Notes: generated by a model not told the origin, from the sequence alone. Counted from the first letter of the stretch, positions 18,645 through 30,489 are shown. The stretch is 64,000 bases of DNA from Tepidisphaerales bacterium (GCA_038329865.1 JBBQNK010000005.1:1-64000), one strand, 5' to 3'. Translations and numbers: made by a program.

Positions 18645-19874
18645 TCAAAGATTATGGCCCATCTTTTCTTTTTTAGTTTGGAGATATTTTTGATTATGAC
18701 GGCCCGGCACGATGCGGATCGGCACTTCTTCGACCACTTTCAGCCCGTACCCTTCGATGCCGTAAATCTTCTTCGGATTGTTGGTCATGATGCGGATATT
18801 CTGTAGGCCCAAATCGCGCAGAATCTGGCTGCCGATGCCGTAATCTCGCTTGTCGACGGGCAGGCCTAGCCGCTGGTTGGCTTCGACGGTGTCGAGCCCC
18901 TTTTCCTGCAGCGCGTAAGCGTGGAGCTTGTTCGCCAGGCCGATGCCGCGGCCTTCCTGGCGCAGGTAGAGCAGCACGCCGGAGCCGGCCTCTTCGATCA
19001 TCGTCATCGCGGCCGAAAGCTGGTCGCCGCAATCGCATTTGCCGGAGCCGAAGATGTCGCCAGTGAGGCACTCGCTGTGGACGCGCACGAGCGTGGGCGA
19101 CGGGTGCGGCACCATCTTGCCGGCACCATCGAGCTCGCCGATTCCGCCCTTACATAACGCCAGGTGCGGCTGCGGGTCGATCGCGCTCTGGTACGCGTGC
19201 AGCCGGAAGTCGCCCCACGCTGTTGGCAGCGTGATGCTTTCGATCCGCTTCACGAACTGCTCGCGCTTGAGGCGGTAGCTGATCAGGTCGGCGATCGTCG
19301 CCATCTTCAGATCGTACTGCTGACAATACTTTTCAAGGCCAACGCGGCGCATCATCTCGCCGTCTTCCTCCATGATCTCACAGATCACCGCCGCGGGCTT
19401 CAGGCCGGCCAATCGACAGAGATCGACGCTTCCTTCGGTCTGCCCCGATCGCACGAGCACCCCGCCGTCGCGGGCGCGCAGCGGATTGATATGGCCCGGC
19501 CGATTCAGATCCTGGGGCTGCGCGTCCTCGGCGATGGCGACCTGGATCGTCATCGCGCGGTCTTTCGCGCTCACGCCGGTGGAAACGCCGAAGCGTTTGT
19601 GTGCGTCAACGGTCACGGTGAAGGCCGTGCCGAGTTGGGCGGTGTTGAACTGAGTTTGCGGATGCAGGCGCAGTTTTTCGCAGCGATCTTCGGTCAGCGC
19701 CAGACACACCACGCCGCGGGCATGGCGGACCATGAAGTTGATCGCCTTGGCGTCGCAGAACTCCGCTGCGTAGACGATGTCCCCTTCGTTCTCGCGGTCT
19801 TCATCATCAACAAGGACGATCGGCTTGCCCTTCTTGAGATCTTCAATCACTTCTGGAATCGTTGCGAACGACAT
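18645..19874 (-). CDS. ribBA: bifunctional 3,4-dihydroxy-2-butanone-4-phosphate synthase / GTP cyclohydrolase II
   Basis: The DHBP synthase N-half (DDEDRENEGD, RxxxGxxCL) and the GTP cyclohydrolase II C-half with its zinc cysteines (CLTGDIFGSGKCDCG) are both present in 409 aa. Confidence 0.9.
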   Translation of the reverse strand: MSFATIPEVIEDLKKGKPIVLVDDEDRENEGDIVYAAEFCDAKAINFMVRHARGVVCLALTEDRCEKLRLHPQTQFNTAQLGTAFTVTVDAHKRFGVSTGVSAKDRAMTIQVAIAEDAQPQDLNRPGHINPLRARDGGVLVRSGQTEGSVDLCRLAGLKPAAVICEIMEEDGEMMRRVGLEKYCQQYDLKMATIADLISYRLKREQFVKRIESITLPTAWGDFRLHAYQSAIDPQPHLALCKGGIGELDGAGKMVPHPSPTLVRVHSECLTGDIFGSGKCDCGDQLSAAMTMIEEAGSGVLLYLRQEGRGIGLANKLHAYALQEKGLDTVEANQRLGLPVDKRDYGIGSQILRDLGLQNIRIMTNNPKKIYGIEGYGLKVVEEVPIRIVPGRHNQKYLQTKKEKMGHNL

Positions 19875-19915
19875 AAATCACGTACTCCTTAACTTCTCTC
19901 AATTCTCAAACGCGG

Positions 19916-20014
19916 ATTATTACCACAGAGGCCAAAGAGGCTCACAGAGAGGGCAGAGAGAGGAAATCCAAAACACTTCTCTGTGCTCTCTGTGAAGCTT
20001 TGTGAGCTCTGTGG
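19916..20014. repeat. palindromic repeat, family C (CACAGAG / CTCTGTG arms)
   Basis: ccacagaggccaaagaggctcacagagagggcagagagagg ... ctctgtgctctctgtgaagctttgtgagctctgtgg. A related copy lies at 33538-33610. This one sits between the pgsA stop and the ribBA start. Confidence 0.55.
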
Positions 20015-20674
20015 TTAATTCTTTTCCGCGTCGGCCTCAGTCTGCAATTGCCGCACACCTTGCACCACATAATCCACCGCCGCGACGCAAGCGACGACTG
20101 CCGTCGCCCACCACAAGCTTTTCAGCAGCGGCGAAACGACGCCCGGATGAATCCGGTAGAGATCATCCGCGAGGATCGTCGCCATGACCAGCGCCAATTG
20201 TATCGCCGTGCCGAGCTTACCGGCGAGTCGGGGCTTGATGCTCACTTTTCCGCGGAGCACGAGCAGCACAATCGTGCCGACGCCCAGCAGCACGTCTTTG
20301 GCGTAAACTATGACCACAACAGGAATTGGGATCGCCCAAAGCCCGCCCGCGACGGCCGGGGAGCTGAGCAGGACGAGGGAGGCCGCCACCAGCAGCTTGT
20401 CGGCCACTGGGTCGAGCAGCGCCCCGAGTTTACTGGCCTGGTTGAGCCGCCGGGCGAGGTAGCCGTCGAGCTTGTCGGTGATCGCCATGACCGCAAATAC
20501 CGCCAGCGCGGCGTACTTGTGGGGCCGCCCCGCCGACTGATCCACCGGCACGTCCGCCAGCAGCAGCCAGATGAAGACCGGCAGCAATAGCAGTCGCAGG
20601 AACGTCAACCCCATCGGCCAAGTGATCGGGCCGGTAGGTTTTGTGATGTCGAGATGGAGCTGCCGGTGCGGCAC
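20015..20674 (-). CDS. pgsA: CDP-alcohol phosphatidyltransferase (phosphatidylglycerophosphate synthase-like)
   Basis: DKLDGYLARRLNQASKLGALLDPVADK, which is the D-G-x-x-A-R...G-x-x-x-D-x-x-x-D signature, in a ~200-aa 4-6 TM protein. Confidence 0.8.
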   Translation of the reverse strand: MPHRQLHLDITKPTGPITWPMGLTFLRLLLLPVFIWLLLADVPVDQSAGRPHKYAALAVFAVMAITDKLDGYLARRLNQASKLGALLDPVADKLLVAASLVLLSSPAVAGGLWAIPIPVVVIVYAKDVLLGVGTIVLLVLRGKVSIKPRLAGKLGTAIQLALVMATILADDLYRIHPGVVSPLLKSLWWATAVVACVAAVDYVVQGVRQLQTEADAEKN

Positions 20675-20692
20675 GTGTTAATCATAAGGGGA

Positions 20693-20800
20693 AATGCAGA
20701 ATGCGGAATGCAGATTGCAGAATGAAATTCGCCGCCTTCCATTCTGCATTCCGCATTCTGCATTCCGCATTTCGCCCTCCCTCTGCATTCCGCATTCTGC
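20693..20800. repeat. long hairpin built from tandem heptamers (GCATTCT/GCATTCC) in inverted orientation
   Basis: gcagaatgcggaatgcagattgcagaatg - spacer - cattctgcattccgcattctgcattccgc, then a further ctgcattccgcattctgc. It lies in the 150-bp divergent region between pgsA and the ORF at 20824. Confidence 0.6.
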
Positions 20801-20823
20801 TTTTCCTCCGTAGAATCCCCCGC

Positions 20824-21552
20824 ATGCCCGACGTACAAACGCTCTGCGAAATCGGCTCTGAAGAATTGCTCGAGATGCGTTACCTCGAATCGATCCTAAC
20901 GTTCGAGCAGGCCGAGAAGATCGCGCTGAATAATAAGGATTGGGACACGATCGCCCGGCTGTACATGCCGCTGCAGGAAGCCCGCCGGCAAGTCCGCCAG
21001 CGCTGCGGCGAAGGGATCGTGCAGCTCGATCTGCTCGCCACATCGCCCAGCGACCAGCCGGACGGCGTCGCGATTATTCAGCGACTGCCCCACGGCCAAT
21101 TACTCGTGGCGGGCTGGGCGTCGATCGCGCCCGCGATTCAACTCCGGCGACTCGCCAGGGAGAAAAAACTCTACGTGGAAACGTATCTCGCCGCGGTTTA
21201 CCCCGTCGGCGAAGGACGCGTCGTCGCGATCGTGCCAACGGCCGACGTGAAATTGCCCAACGACTCGCCGCGATCGATCGACAAGCTCATCAATCTACTG
21301 CCGCTGCATTCGATCGTCTTGCCGATCAGCGAGCTGCCAAAAGGCCCGCGGCTCGGCACGCCGGAGACGTACGCCGAAACAATGGCGATCTGGGAACGCC
21401 TGGCCGCCCCCTTCCTGGCGGCGGCGGATATGCAGGTCGATCCGGTCCAGAAGATTCATGGCTACCGGGCTACAATCGCCGTGGATTATGCGTGTGAGTT
21501 GGCGCATCAGAAACTATCCGATGTGGCCAGGGAATTGGGAAGAAAAAGATAG
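20824..21552 (+). CDS. hypothetical protein
   Basis: A 242-aa ORF starting at the first ATG after the heptamer hairpin. I did not recognise any motif. Codon usage is consistent with its neighbours. Confidence 0.45.
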   Translation: MPDVQTLCEIGSEELLEMRYLESILTFEQAEKIALNNKDWDTIARLYMPLQEARRQVRQRCGEGIVQLDLLATSPSDQPDGVAIIQRLPHGQLLVAGWASIAPAIQLRRLAREKKLYVETYLAAVYPVGEGRVVAIVPTADVKLPNDSPRSIDKLINLLPLHSIVLPISELPKGPRLGTPETYAETMAIWERLAAPFLAAADMQVDPVQKIHGYRATIAVDYACELAHQKLSDVARELGRKR

Positions 21553-21627
21553 GGATTTGGTATTTGGTATTGGGTATTTGGTTTGATCCTGATACCAAAT
21601 ACCCAATACCCAATACCAAATACCCAC
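21552..21627. repeat. long perfect hairpin built from tandem heptamers (GGTATTT/GGTATTG)
   Basis: gggatttggtatttggtattgggtatttggt - ttgatcctga - taccaaatacccaataccaaatacccac. AT-richer than the flanks. It lies between two co-directional genes. Confidence 0.65.
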
Positions 21628-21640
21628 AACCAGAGAAACC

Positions 21641-22534
21641 ATGTCCATCTTCGGTTCCAACCAATACAACTCGCAACCTTCCCGCGGCATCAGCCTCCGC
21701 TTCATCATCGGCCTGGTGATTGCCGGCATCGGCGTCGTCTCGTATCTCACGCATACCGAGATCAATCCCGTCACCGGCGAAAAGCAGCACATTTCGATCT
21801 CGGCCGACCAGGAGATCGCGCTCGGCCTGCAGGCGGCTCCGCAGATGGCGGCGGAGATGGGCGGCGTGGTCGACCAGCGCGACCCGCGCGAGCAGAACGT
21901 GCAGCGCATCGGCCAGCAACTGCTGCAACGCAGCGACGCGGGAAAGAGCCCGTACACCGGCTATTTTCATTTCAACCTCTTGGCCGACCCGCAGACGATC
22001 AACGCCTTCAGCCTGCCCGGCGGGCAGGTGTTCATCACCGTGGCGCTTTACGACCGGCTGGAGAATGACGCGCAGGTGGCCGGCGTGCTCGGTCACGAGA
22101 TCGGCCACGTCATCGGCCGGCACGGCGCGGAAAACATGGCGACCGGCAACCTCGGCAACATGATCGTGACGGCCGTCGCCGTCGGCGCCAGCGACCGCAA
22201 CAACGGCCAATTCGCCGCTGCCGCTGCCGCCATGGCGAACCAGATGTTCCAGCTCAAATACTCCCGCTCCGACGAATTCGAAGCCGACCATTTCGGCCTG
22301 CAGTTCATGAGCCAGGCGGGTTACGACCCTTCACAGATGCGCCGCGTGATGGAAATTTTGAAACAATCCGCGAGAGGCTCCGGCGGCTCGGCGATCTTTC
22401 AAACGCACCCGGACCCGGACGCACGCATCGACCGGATCGATCAATTTTTGAAAGAAACGTATCCCAGCGGCGTGCCGGGGAATCTGACGACGGGGAATGC
22501 ATTGCGAGCGTCACGGCAGCGCGACGTGGAGTGA
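21641..22534 (+). CDS. M48 family zinc metallopeptidase (LoiP/BepA-like, single N-terminal TM)
   Basis: HEIGHVIGRH (HExxH) and the downstream EFEADHFG glutamate motif. Confidence 0.75.
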   Translation: MSIFGSNQYNSQPSRGISLRFIIGLVIAGIGVVSYLTHTEINPVTGEKQHISISADQEIALGLQAAPQMAAEMGGVVDQRDPREQNVQRIGQQLLQRSDAGKSPYTGYFHFNLLADPQTINAFSLPGGQVFITVALYDRLENDAQVAGVLGHEIGHVIGRHGAENMATGNLGNMIVTAVAVGASDRNNGQFAAAAAAMANQMFQLKYSRSDEFEADHFGLQFMSQAGYDPSQMRRVMEILKQSARGSGGSAIFQTHPDPDARIDRIDQFLKETYPSGVPGNLTTGNALRASRQRDVE

Positions 22535-22560
22535 ATCAGCTCATCATACTAAAAGACAAT

Positions 22561-22639
22561 CGTCATCCTGAGGTACTCCGAAGGATCTAGCCCACTCGCG
22601 CGAATAAGCTAGATCCTTCGGAGTACCTCAGGATGACGA
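22561..22639. repeat. REP/MITE-like palindromic element, family A
   Basis: cgtcatcctgaggtactccgaaggatctagc ... gctagatccttcggagtacctcaggatgacg is a near-perfect 31-bp inverted repeat. Confidence 0.75.
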
Positions 22640-22751
22640 GTTTTCCTAAGTCGATCTATTTTCAGCGTATTAGGCACCCTCTCGACATCTCGACTAGTTC
22701 TGCAAAAAAGCAGCGCAGACATTTCTGTCCGCGCCGCCACTTTTGATCTCA

Positions 22752-24995
22752 TCAATTCCCATTGTTCTTACCGGGCTTGATCTCTCCCGTTCGCGACGCC
22801 AGCGCCGCCGGGATCGCCGGCGGGGCTTCCATCGAGTCCATGATCTGCTTGCTCATGCGATCGGCGAACTCCTTCACCGCGGCGGTGTCGGCCGAGTCGG
22901 TCATCTGGAAACCGCTCTTCTCCGCCACGAGCAAACTCATGAGCGTGCCCATCAGGCCCGTGCTCGCGGCGCCGTCGCCGTTGCTGGAACCTGCGCCCGG
23001 CGACATGAAGACGCGCTCTGGCACGAGCGGCTGGCTGCTCTTGCTCAGGTGCTCGGCCACGAGCGCCAATGCGTACAGCCGTGGGTCGCCGTAGCTAGCG
23101 ATTTTCCGCATCAGCACCGCCGACTCGCTCAAGCCGACCTGCATGAGCCGCTGACCTTCACCCTTGCCGGCCAGCACGCGCTGCTCGGACTCGGCCTTGG
23201 CGGTGACAACCATCTGCTCGGCCTGCCGCTTGGATTGCTCCAGCTGCGCCTCGGCCATCACGATGTTCTGCTGCGCCTGCTTTCTCGCGCGGGCCAAATC
23301 GGCGTCGCCCTGGTTCTCGGCGATGCGAATCTGCACCTGCGAGTTGGTGAGCTCCGCCTGCTTGGCGGCGATGGCTTCTGCTTCCTTCAGGCTCTTGAGC
23401 TTTTCGCTGGCCGCACGTTGGCGGTCGAAGGTTTCAAGCTGTTCGAACGCCAGTTGCCGCATCCGGAGCTGTTCGAGGAGCGTTTCGATCTTGCCGGATT
23501 TTTCGTCCGTCTCCGGCTTGCCGATCAGCACGTCCACGCATTCGATATCGAACTCGAGGAACCGCGCACGCAAGGTGTCGCGGGCTTCGGTCTGCATCGC
23601 GTCGCGCTGCTGGAGCAATTCCAACATCGTGCGCTTGTGAGCCACGTCGCGGAAGAAGGCGCTCAGCATCGGGTCGAGCGTTTGCGTGATCAATCGCTTG
23701 ACGTCGCCGAAGCGCTGGATGACGGACGGCGCTTTCATGTAGTCGATGTGCACGACGACACTCAGCGGCAGCATCGGCTCGTACGCGTCTTTGGTGACGA
23801 TGTCGATCGTCTTCAACCCTTCATCGTACCGGTGCGATTCCGATCGCCCGGTGATCCAGTGCAGGACGAAGTTGGTCGTCGGCACGAGCACGGTGTGCCC
23901 CGCGTAGGTGTTGAACGGGTACTTTCCCGGGCCGAGCGGTTTTTCCCACACGCCGCGCTCGCCGCGCACGACGCGCTCGCCGTGGCGGAATTTATCGCCG
24001 GAAACGTCGGTCCCTACCGGCCCGTGGTAGCTGATGACGACGCCGGCGTAGCCGATCGGCACGAGTGTTTTCGGGCTCATCTCGATCGTGGCGAACCAGC
24101 GGTTGATAAAATACGTGCCATCGGTCAGCGGCACGTACTGCCTGCCGCGTCGTCCGCCGGCGCGGAGGAATGCTTCGGGATCCTGGAAGCTGTTGTGATA
24201 GTTGATGTCGCTCGCATCACTGCCGACGCTCGGCGCGATGATTTCGCCCGGCGCGAGGCTCGGGCCGTCATGCACGGTGGCGATGCCGATGGAGTCGATG
24301 ACCAGGTCCTTGCCAGGCGTGAGCGGGTCGCCGATTTTCATCAGCCCGCCGATGACGACGGGATCGAACCCGCCGATCTCCTTCAGCTCGTTCTGCCAGC
24401 CCATGAGGGTCTGCAGCTCGGACTTGCCGTGCATATCGAGGCGGTAAACGAAGTCTTCGGTAACGACGACGAACGCCGCCGTGTTGATCGCATAAACGCC
24501 TTCGCGAAGGATCGCCCGCTGTCGGCCGCGCTGCCCGATGACTCCGCCGCCGGCGGTTTTTGGCGATTGGCCGAAGAATGTGCGTGTGTCCTGAAAGTTA
24601 TTGCTCGGCGTGACGCGCCCGAGCGTCTGCCCGGGCATGAGCGACTCGCCGTCGCGTGCGTACACGTACCCAATCTTCCCCTGCGCAACCGTCACCAGCG
24701 GCACGGTATGAATCTTGTACTGCCACCGCCAATACCCCACGTGAATGCCGCCGCGCAGCAGCTCCACTTGATAACCGGCCTCGCCGCTGAGCGCGATGAT
24801 GTGCCCTTCCGTGATCGACCCGCCGCCGGACCAGAGCTTCTCCACAATGCCCACGCGGTTGTTGGAGATGTACCGCAGGCCGATGGCGAAACTCACGAGG
24901 ATCAGCGCAACGATCAACCCCACGACCCAAAATGCGATCGTGAACAGGAACGAAAAATCGGGCATTTCGTTCGAAGCAAGAAATGACGCAAGCAT
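22752..24995 (-). CDS. flotillin-like SPFH/band-7 domain protein with a large Gly-rich insertion and C-terminal coiled coil
   Basis: N-terminal TM helix, an SPFH-like core, a long Ala/Gln/Glu-rich coiled-coil segment (AEAIAAKQAELTNSQVQIRIAENQGDADLARARKQAQQ...) that is typical of flotillins, and a ~250-aa Gly-rich middle insertion. Confidence 0.6.
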   Translation of the reverse strand: MLASFLASNEMPDFSFLFTIAFWVVGLIVALILVSFAIGLRYISNNRVGIVEKLWSGGGSITEGHIIALSGEAGYQVELLRGGIHVGYWRWQYKIHTVPLVTVAQGKIGYVYARDGESLMPGQTLGRVTPSNNFQDTRTFFGQSPKTAGGGVIGQRGRQRAILREGVYAINTAAFVVVTEDFVYRLDMHGKSELQTLMGWQNELKEIGGFDPVVIGGLMKIGDPLTPGKDLVIDSIGIATVHDGPSLAPGEIIAPSVGSDASDINYHNSFQDPEAFLRAGGRRGRQYVPLTDGTYFINRWFATIEMSPKTLVPIGYAGVVISYHGPVGTDVSGDKFRHGERVVRGERGVWEKPLGPGKYPFNTYAGHTVLVPTTNFVLHWITGRSESHRYDEGLKTIDIVTKDAYEPMLPLSVVVHIDYMKAPSVIQRFGDVKRLITQTLDPMLSAFFRDVAHKRTMLELLQQRDAMQTEARDTLRARFLEFDIECVDVLIGKPETDEKSGKIETLLEQLRMRQLAFEQLETFDRQRAASEKLKSLKEAEAIAAKQAELTNSQVQIRIAENQGDADLARARKQAQQNIVMAEAQLEQSKRQAEQMVVTAKAESEQRVLAGKGEGQRLMQVGLSESAVLMRKIASYGDPRLYALALVAEHLSKSSQPLVPERVFMSPGAGSSNGDGAASTGLMGTLMSLLVAEKSGFQMTDSADTAAVKEFADRMSKQIMDSMEAPPAIPAALASRTGEIKPGKNNGN

Positions 24996-25118
24996 AGATG
25001 CCTCCCTTTCAGAGTGAGTATCTTACCGGGGATTTTTGGAGTGTCGCGTTAGAGAAAGGGGGAAATGCTATAGGGAGAGGTAACCGACGAAATTCGCAGG
25101 ACTTGCAACCTCTTCCTC

Positions 25119-25769
25119 GGTCCGTCCCGCTTCAGCGGGACAGACTCATCTCTGATATCTCTTGTAAGGAACATGAGACAAAAACCCGTTTCGGTTCTTT
25201 GCGAATTCAACGAACTTCTCCAGATCGATCAACGCATGGGTATCAGGATACGTGCTCCACTCCTTTACGAGTCGCCCGCGCACGGCTTGTAGCAACGTAT
25301 GCCGATAAGCAGCCCGACACTGCTTCTCATCGCGAATACAACCATCAAAGTATTCGCGACCTTTCATATCTCGCCAGAAATTCTGGCGACGCTCGGGCAA
25401 CAAATCGTTGACGAGCTTCGCAACTGAACCGTGAAGTCGTTGGATGAATTTTTCGAGATTTGTCCCCGCATGGAGAAATCCTATCGAGTGATAGTGATTA
25501 TTCATCAATGTGGTTACCGCGAGTTCGTATCCGAATTCTTTGGAATAGTGATCGAAGCGATTCCAAAAGATCGCGCGAGCTTCGGGTATTTCGAACGCGG
25601 GATATTTCTCGCGACATCGAGCGGTGATGAAATAGACCTGCTCATCAACGTACCAATGCTCAAAGCGGTGTTTTCCGTCCCGGTACTCGGGATAATCCCG
25701 CGAGCCTTTGATGATGCGCTTGTGCAAAGCGCCCCTAGGTGCATGTCCCGCTAAAGCGGGACGGACCAA
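25119..25769 (-). mobile_element. REP-flanked IS200/IS605-like (RAYT-like) tyrosine transposase unit
   Basis: The ORF (25146-25769) is flanked by mutually inverted 23-bp hairpin-forming repeats: ggtccgtcccgcttcagcgggac at 25119-25141 and gtcccgctaaagcgggacggacc at 25745-25767. This is the REP-RAYT-REP arrangement. Confidence 0.5.
25146..25769 (-). CDS. putative REP-associated tyrosine transposase (IS200-like Y1 HuH superfamily)
   Basis: A 207-aa basic protein with an HuH-like motif (NNHYHSIGF) and a downstream conserved Tyr region (AAYRHTLLQ). The size and the flanking inverted hairpins fit RAYT. The assignment is by motif only. Confidence 0.45.
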   Translation of the reverse strand: MVRPALAGHAPRGALHKRIIKGSRDYPEYRDGKHRFEHWYVDEQVYFITARCREKYPAFEIPEARAIFWNRFDHYSKEFGYELAVTTLMNNHYHSIGFLHAGTNLEKFIQRLHGSVAKLVNDLLPERRQNFWRDMKGREYFDGCIRDEKQCRAAYRHTLLQAVRGRLVKEWSTYPDTHALIDLEKFVEFAKNRNGFLSHVPYKRYQR

Positions 25770-25784
25770 AGAAAACCAGAACTC

Positions 25785-28327
<2,543 letters not shown>

Positions 28328-28568
28328 TCAGGCTCCTCAAAAGCGTTGGAAATTGCGGCATTTCAGACCGGTCGGGGCAATCGAACAATTGTCGCAAAAT
28401 TCCGTAAAAATGCCATGCGCACCCACGCCGAAATCGAACGGATTTTCGAACTGTTTTTCGCTTGCAATGTGGTCGGCCGTATCTTCGTAATTGCGGACGA
28501 TTTCGACCGGGCCGACTGCGGTTTGGTCGGCGAATTACCTTTCTCTCTGTCGATGAAATTGGTTACGA

Positions 28569-30320
28569 TTGCCCGCCATGCGTCGATCGCTTCTCGCATT
28601 GTGCCTGCCGCTGCTGCTGGTGGGCGCTGCGCCCGCCACGCAGCCGGATGAAAGCACGCCCGTTCCGGTGCTGATCGAAGAGCTCGGCGATGCGCGTTCG
28701 GTCATCCGCGAGGCGGCCACCACGCAGCTCATCGCCCGCGGGCTCGCGATCCGCAATGATCTGATCGAAGCCAGTAAGTCTGAAGACCCGGAAATCTCCC
28801 TTCGCGCCGGCGCCATCCTTCGCTCGTTCCCATGGGAGCGTCCGAACGATCCGCCGGCGGTGAAGCAGATACTCATCCGTTACAAAGTGGTGCTCGCCAC
28901 GCAACGCGCGCCGATCATTCAGCAATTGCTGAAGCTGCCCAACGATCAGGGGCTCGACGCCATTTTTCGCCTGCTCCAGGAAGAGACCGACCCGCGCATC
29001 CGCTGGACGATCGTGCAGTCACTGCGCAAATCATGGAGCCAGGACAAATCCCTGGACGGCGTGGATACTGCCAAGTCGCTGGATGTCACCGCGAATGATC
29101 CGCCGATCCTCTGCACGGTCGCGCAGGCGATTCTGCCCGACCAGCCGCAGGCCGCCGTTGCGCTGTACCTTCGCGCGGCACAGAATGCCGATTTCAGCGG
29201 CAACGACGATCTCGGGGAGATCGATTTTGCCGTCCGCAACGCGATCATTACATGCAAATCGCTCAAGCAGTACGACCAGATGGCGAAGTTCATTCGCTGC
29301 CGCACCCAGCGGACCAATGCCGTGCGAATCGCCGGCGTGCCTGACGCAGTCTGCGAGCTTTTCGCGCTGCACGCCAGGTACGGCCCGCTCGCCGGTTATG
29401 CGGCGGACTGCCGGCAGTACTCGGCCTACCTGCTTTCCCCGCCGATTCTTTACACGCATGCGCAACTGCTCCTGATGCACCGTCACCCGCTGGCCGCTTC
29501 GGCGGTGAATCGGCTCGCCCTTTTCAGCGGCAGTGCACAGCCTGTGCCGCATCACGAAATCGGCGACTTCCTGCAGTTCAACGGCTGGCAGCGAGCGGCC
29601 GTCGGCGAGTTCAAACAATTCCTTGCGATACAGTCCGATGACGATTCGCCGCAGACGAAGGCGGACCTGGCCAATGCGCATTTCTCGCTCGGCAATATCT
29701 ACAGCTCCGCCGAAGAGCACGGACTGGCGGCCACCGAGATCGAACAAGGACTGGCCCTGATCGACCAGCTGCCGACGGCGGTCAATCGCATGCGTGGCGG
29801 GCGCACGTTCATGGGCGAAGACGCCAAGCTCGACCTCAAGCGCGACGCGATCGGCCAGCACTTCCTCGACGCCGTCGCGCGGAATGACCCGACCGAAATC
29901 GCCGCCCGGCTGAAGGAATTGCAGGCCGCCAAGGCGGACGATCCGGAGATCGTGCAGGAGATGGTCGCGCAGCTGACCAAGGCCGGCGATCAAAACGCCG
30001 CCGACCAGCTCTTCACGCCGATCGAAGCGAAGCTGCGGGCGGACTTGGCCGCCAATCCCACGTCGCCTCAGGAGATGAATTCCGTCGCGTGGTTTCTGGC
30101 GCGCAGCGGCCGTAAGCTGGATGACGCGCTCAAGTTCGCCGAGCAGGCGGTCGCGGCTGATCCGAAAAACGGCGCGCTGATCGACACGCTGGCCGAAGTG
30201 CATTTCCAGCGCGGCGAGTCGAAAGAAGCGGTGGCGCTCGAAACCAAAGCCCTAGCCGCCGATCCGGGCCGGCCGGAGTTGGAAAGACAGATGCGTCGGT
30301 TTAAATCTGGAAAAAATTGA
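28569..30320 (+). CDS. secreted TPR-like repeat protein
   Basis: Signal peptide MPAMRRSLLALCLPLLLVGAAPA followed by an all-helical repeat architecture. Confidence 0.55.
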   Translation: MPAMRRSLLALCLPLLLVGAAPATQPDESTPVPVLIEELGDARSVIREAATTQLIARGLAIRNDLIEASKSEDPEISLRAGAILRSFPWERPNDPPAVKQILIRYKVVLATQRAPIIQQLLKLPNDQGLDAIFRLLQEETDPRIRWTIVQSLRKSWSQDKSLDGVDTAKSLDVTANDPPILCTVAQAILPDQPQAAVALYLRAAQNADFSGNDDLGEIDFAVRNAIITCKSLKQYDQMAKFIRCRTQRTNAVRIAGVPDAVCELFALHARYGPLAGYAADCRQYSAYLLSPPILYTHAQLLLMHRHPLAASAVNRLALFSGSAQPVPHHEIGDFLQFNGWQRAAVGEFKQFLAIQSDDDSPQTKADLANAHFSLGNIYSSAEEHGLAATEIEQGLALIDQLPTAVNRMRGGRTFMGEDAKLDLKRDAIGQHFLDAVARNDPTEIAARLKELQAAKADDPEIVQEMVAQLTKAGDQNAADQLFTPIEAKLRADLAANPTSPQEMNSVAWFLARSGRKLDDALKFAEQAVAADPKNGALIDTLAEVHFQRGESKEAVALETKALAADPGRPELERQMRRFKSGKN

Positions 30321-30489
30321 TGAACCACGGAGGCGCGGAGACACCGAGCCACGCCCGACCGACCCGCGCCGCTCCGCCGGCTTGGCCACACCTCAACACA
30401 AATATCCAGGAGGCAAGATTGTACAAAACGCTGAGGGCGCCTCCGTGTCTCCGTGCCTCCGTGGCAAATTTACCGCTATACTAGCAGGC

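Noticed and set aside
19875-20014. FMN (RFN) riboswitch expected upstream of ribBA
   Set aside because: I could not find the conserved RFN core blocks by eye. The region is instead occupied by the CACAGAG palindrome. An Rfam scan is needed to be sure.
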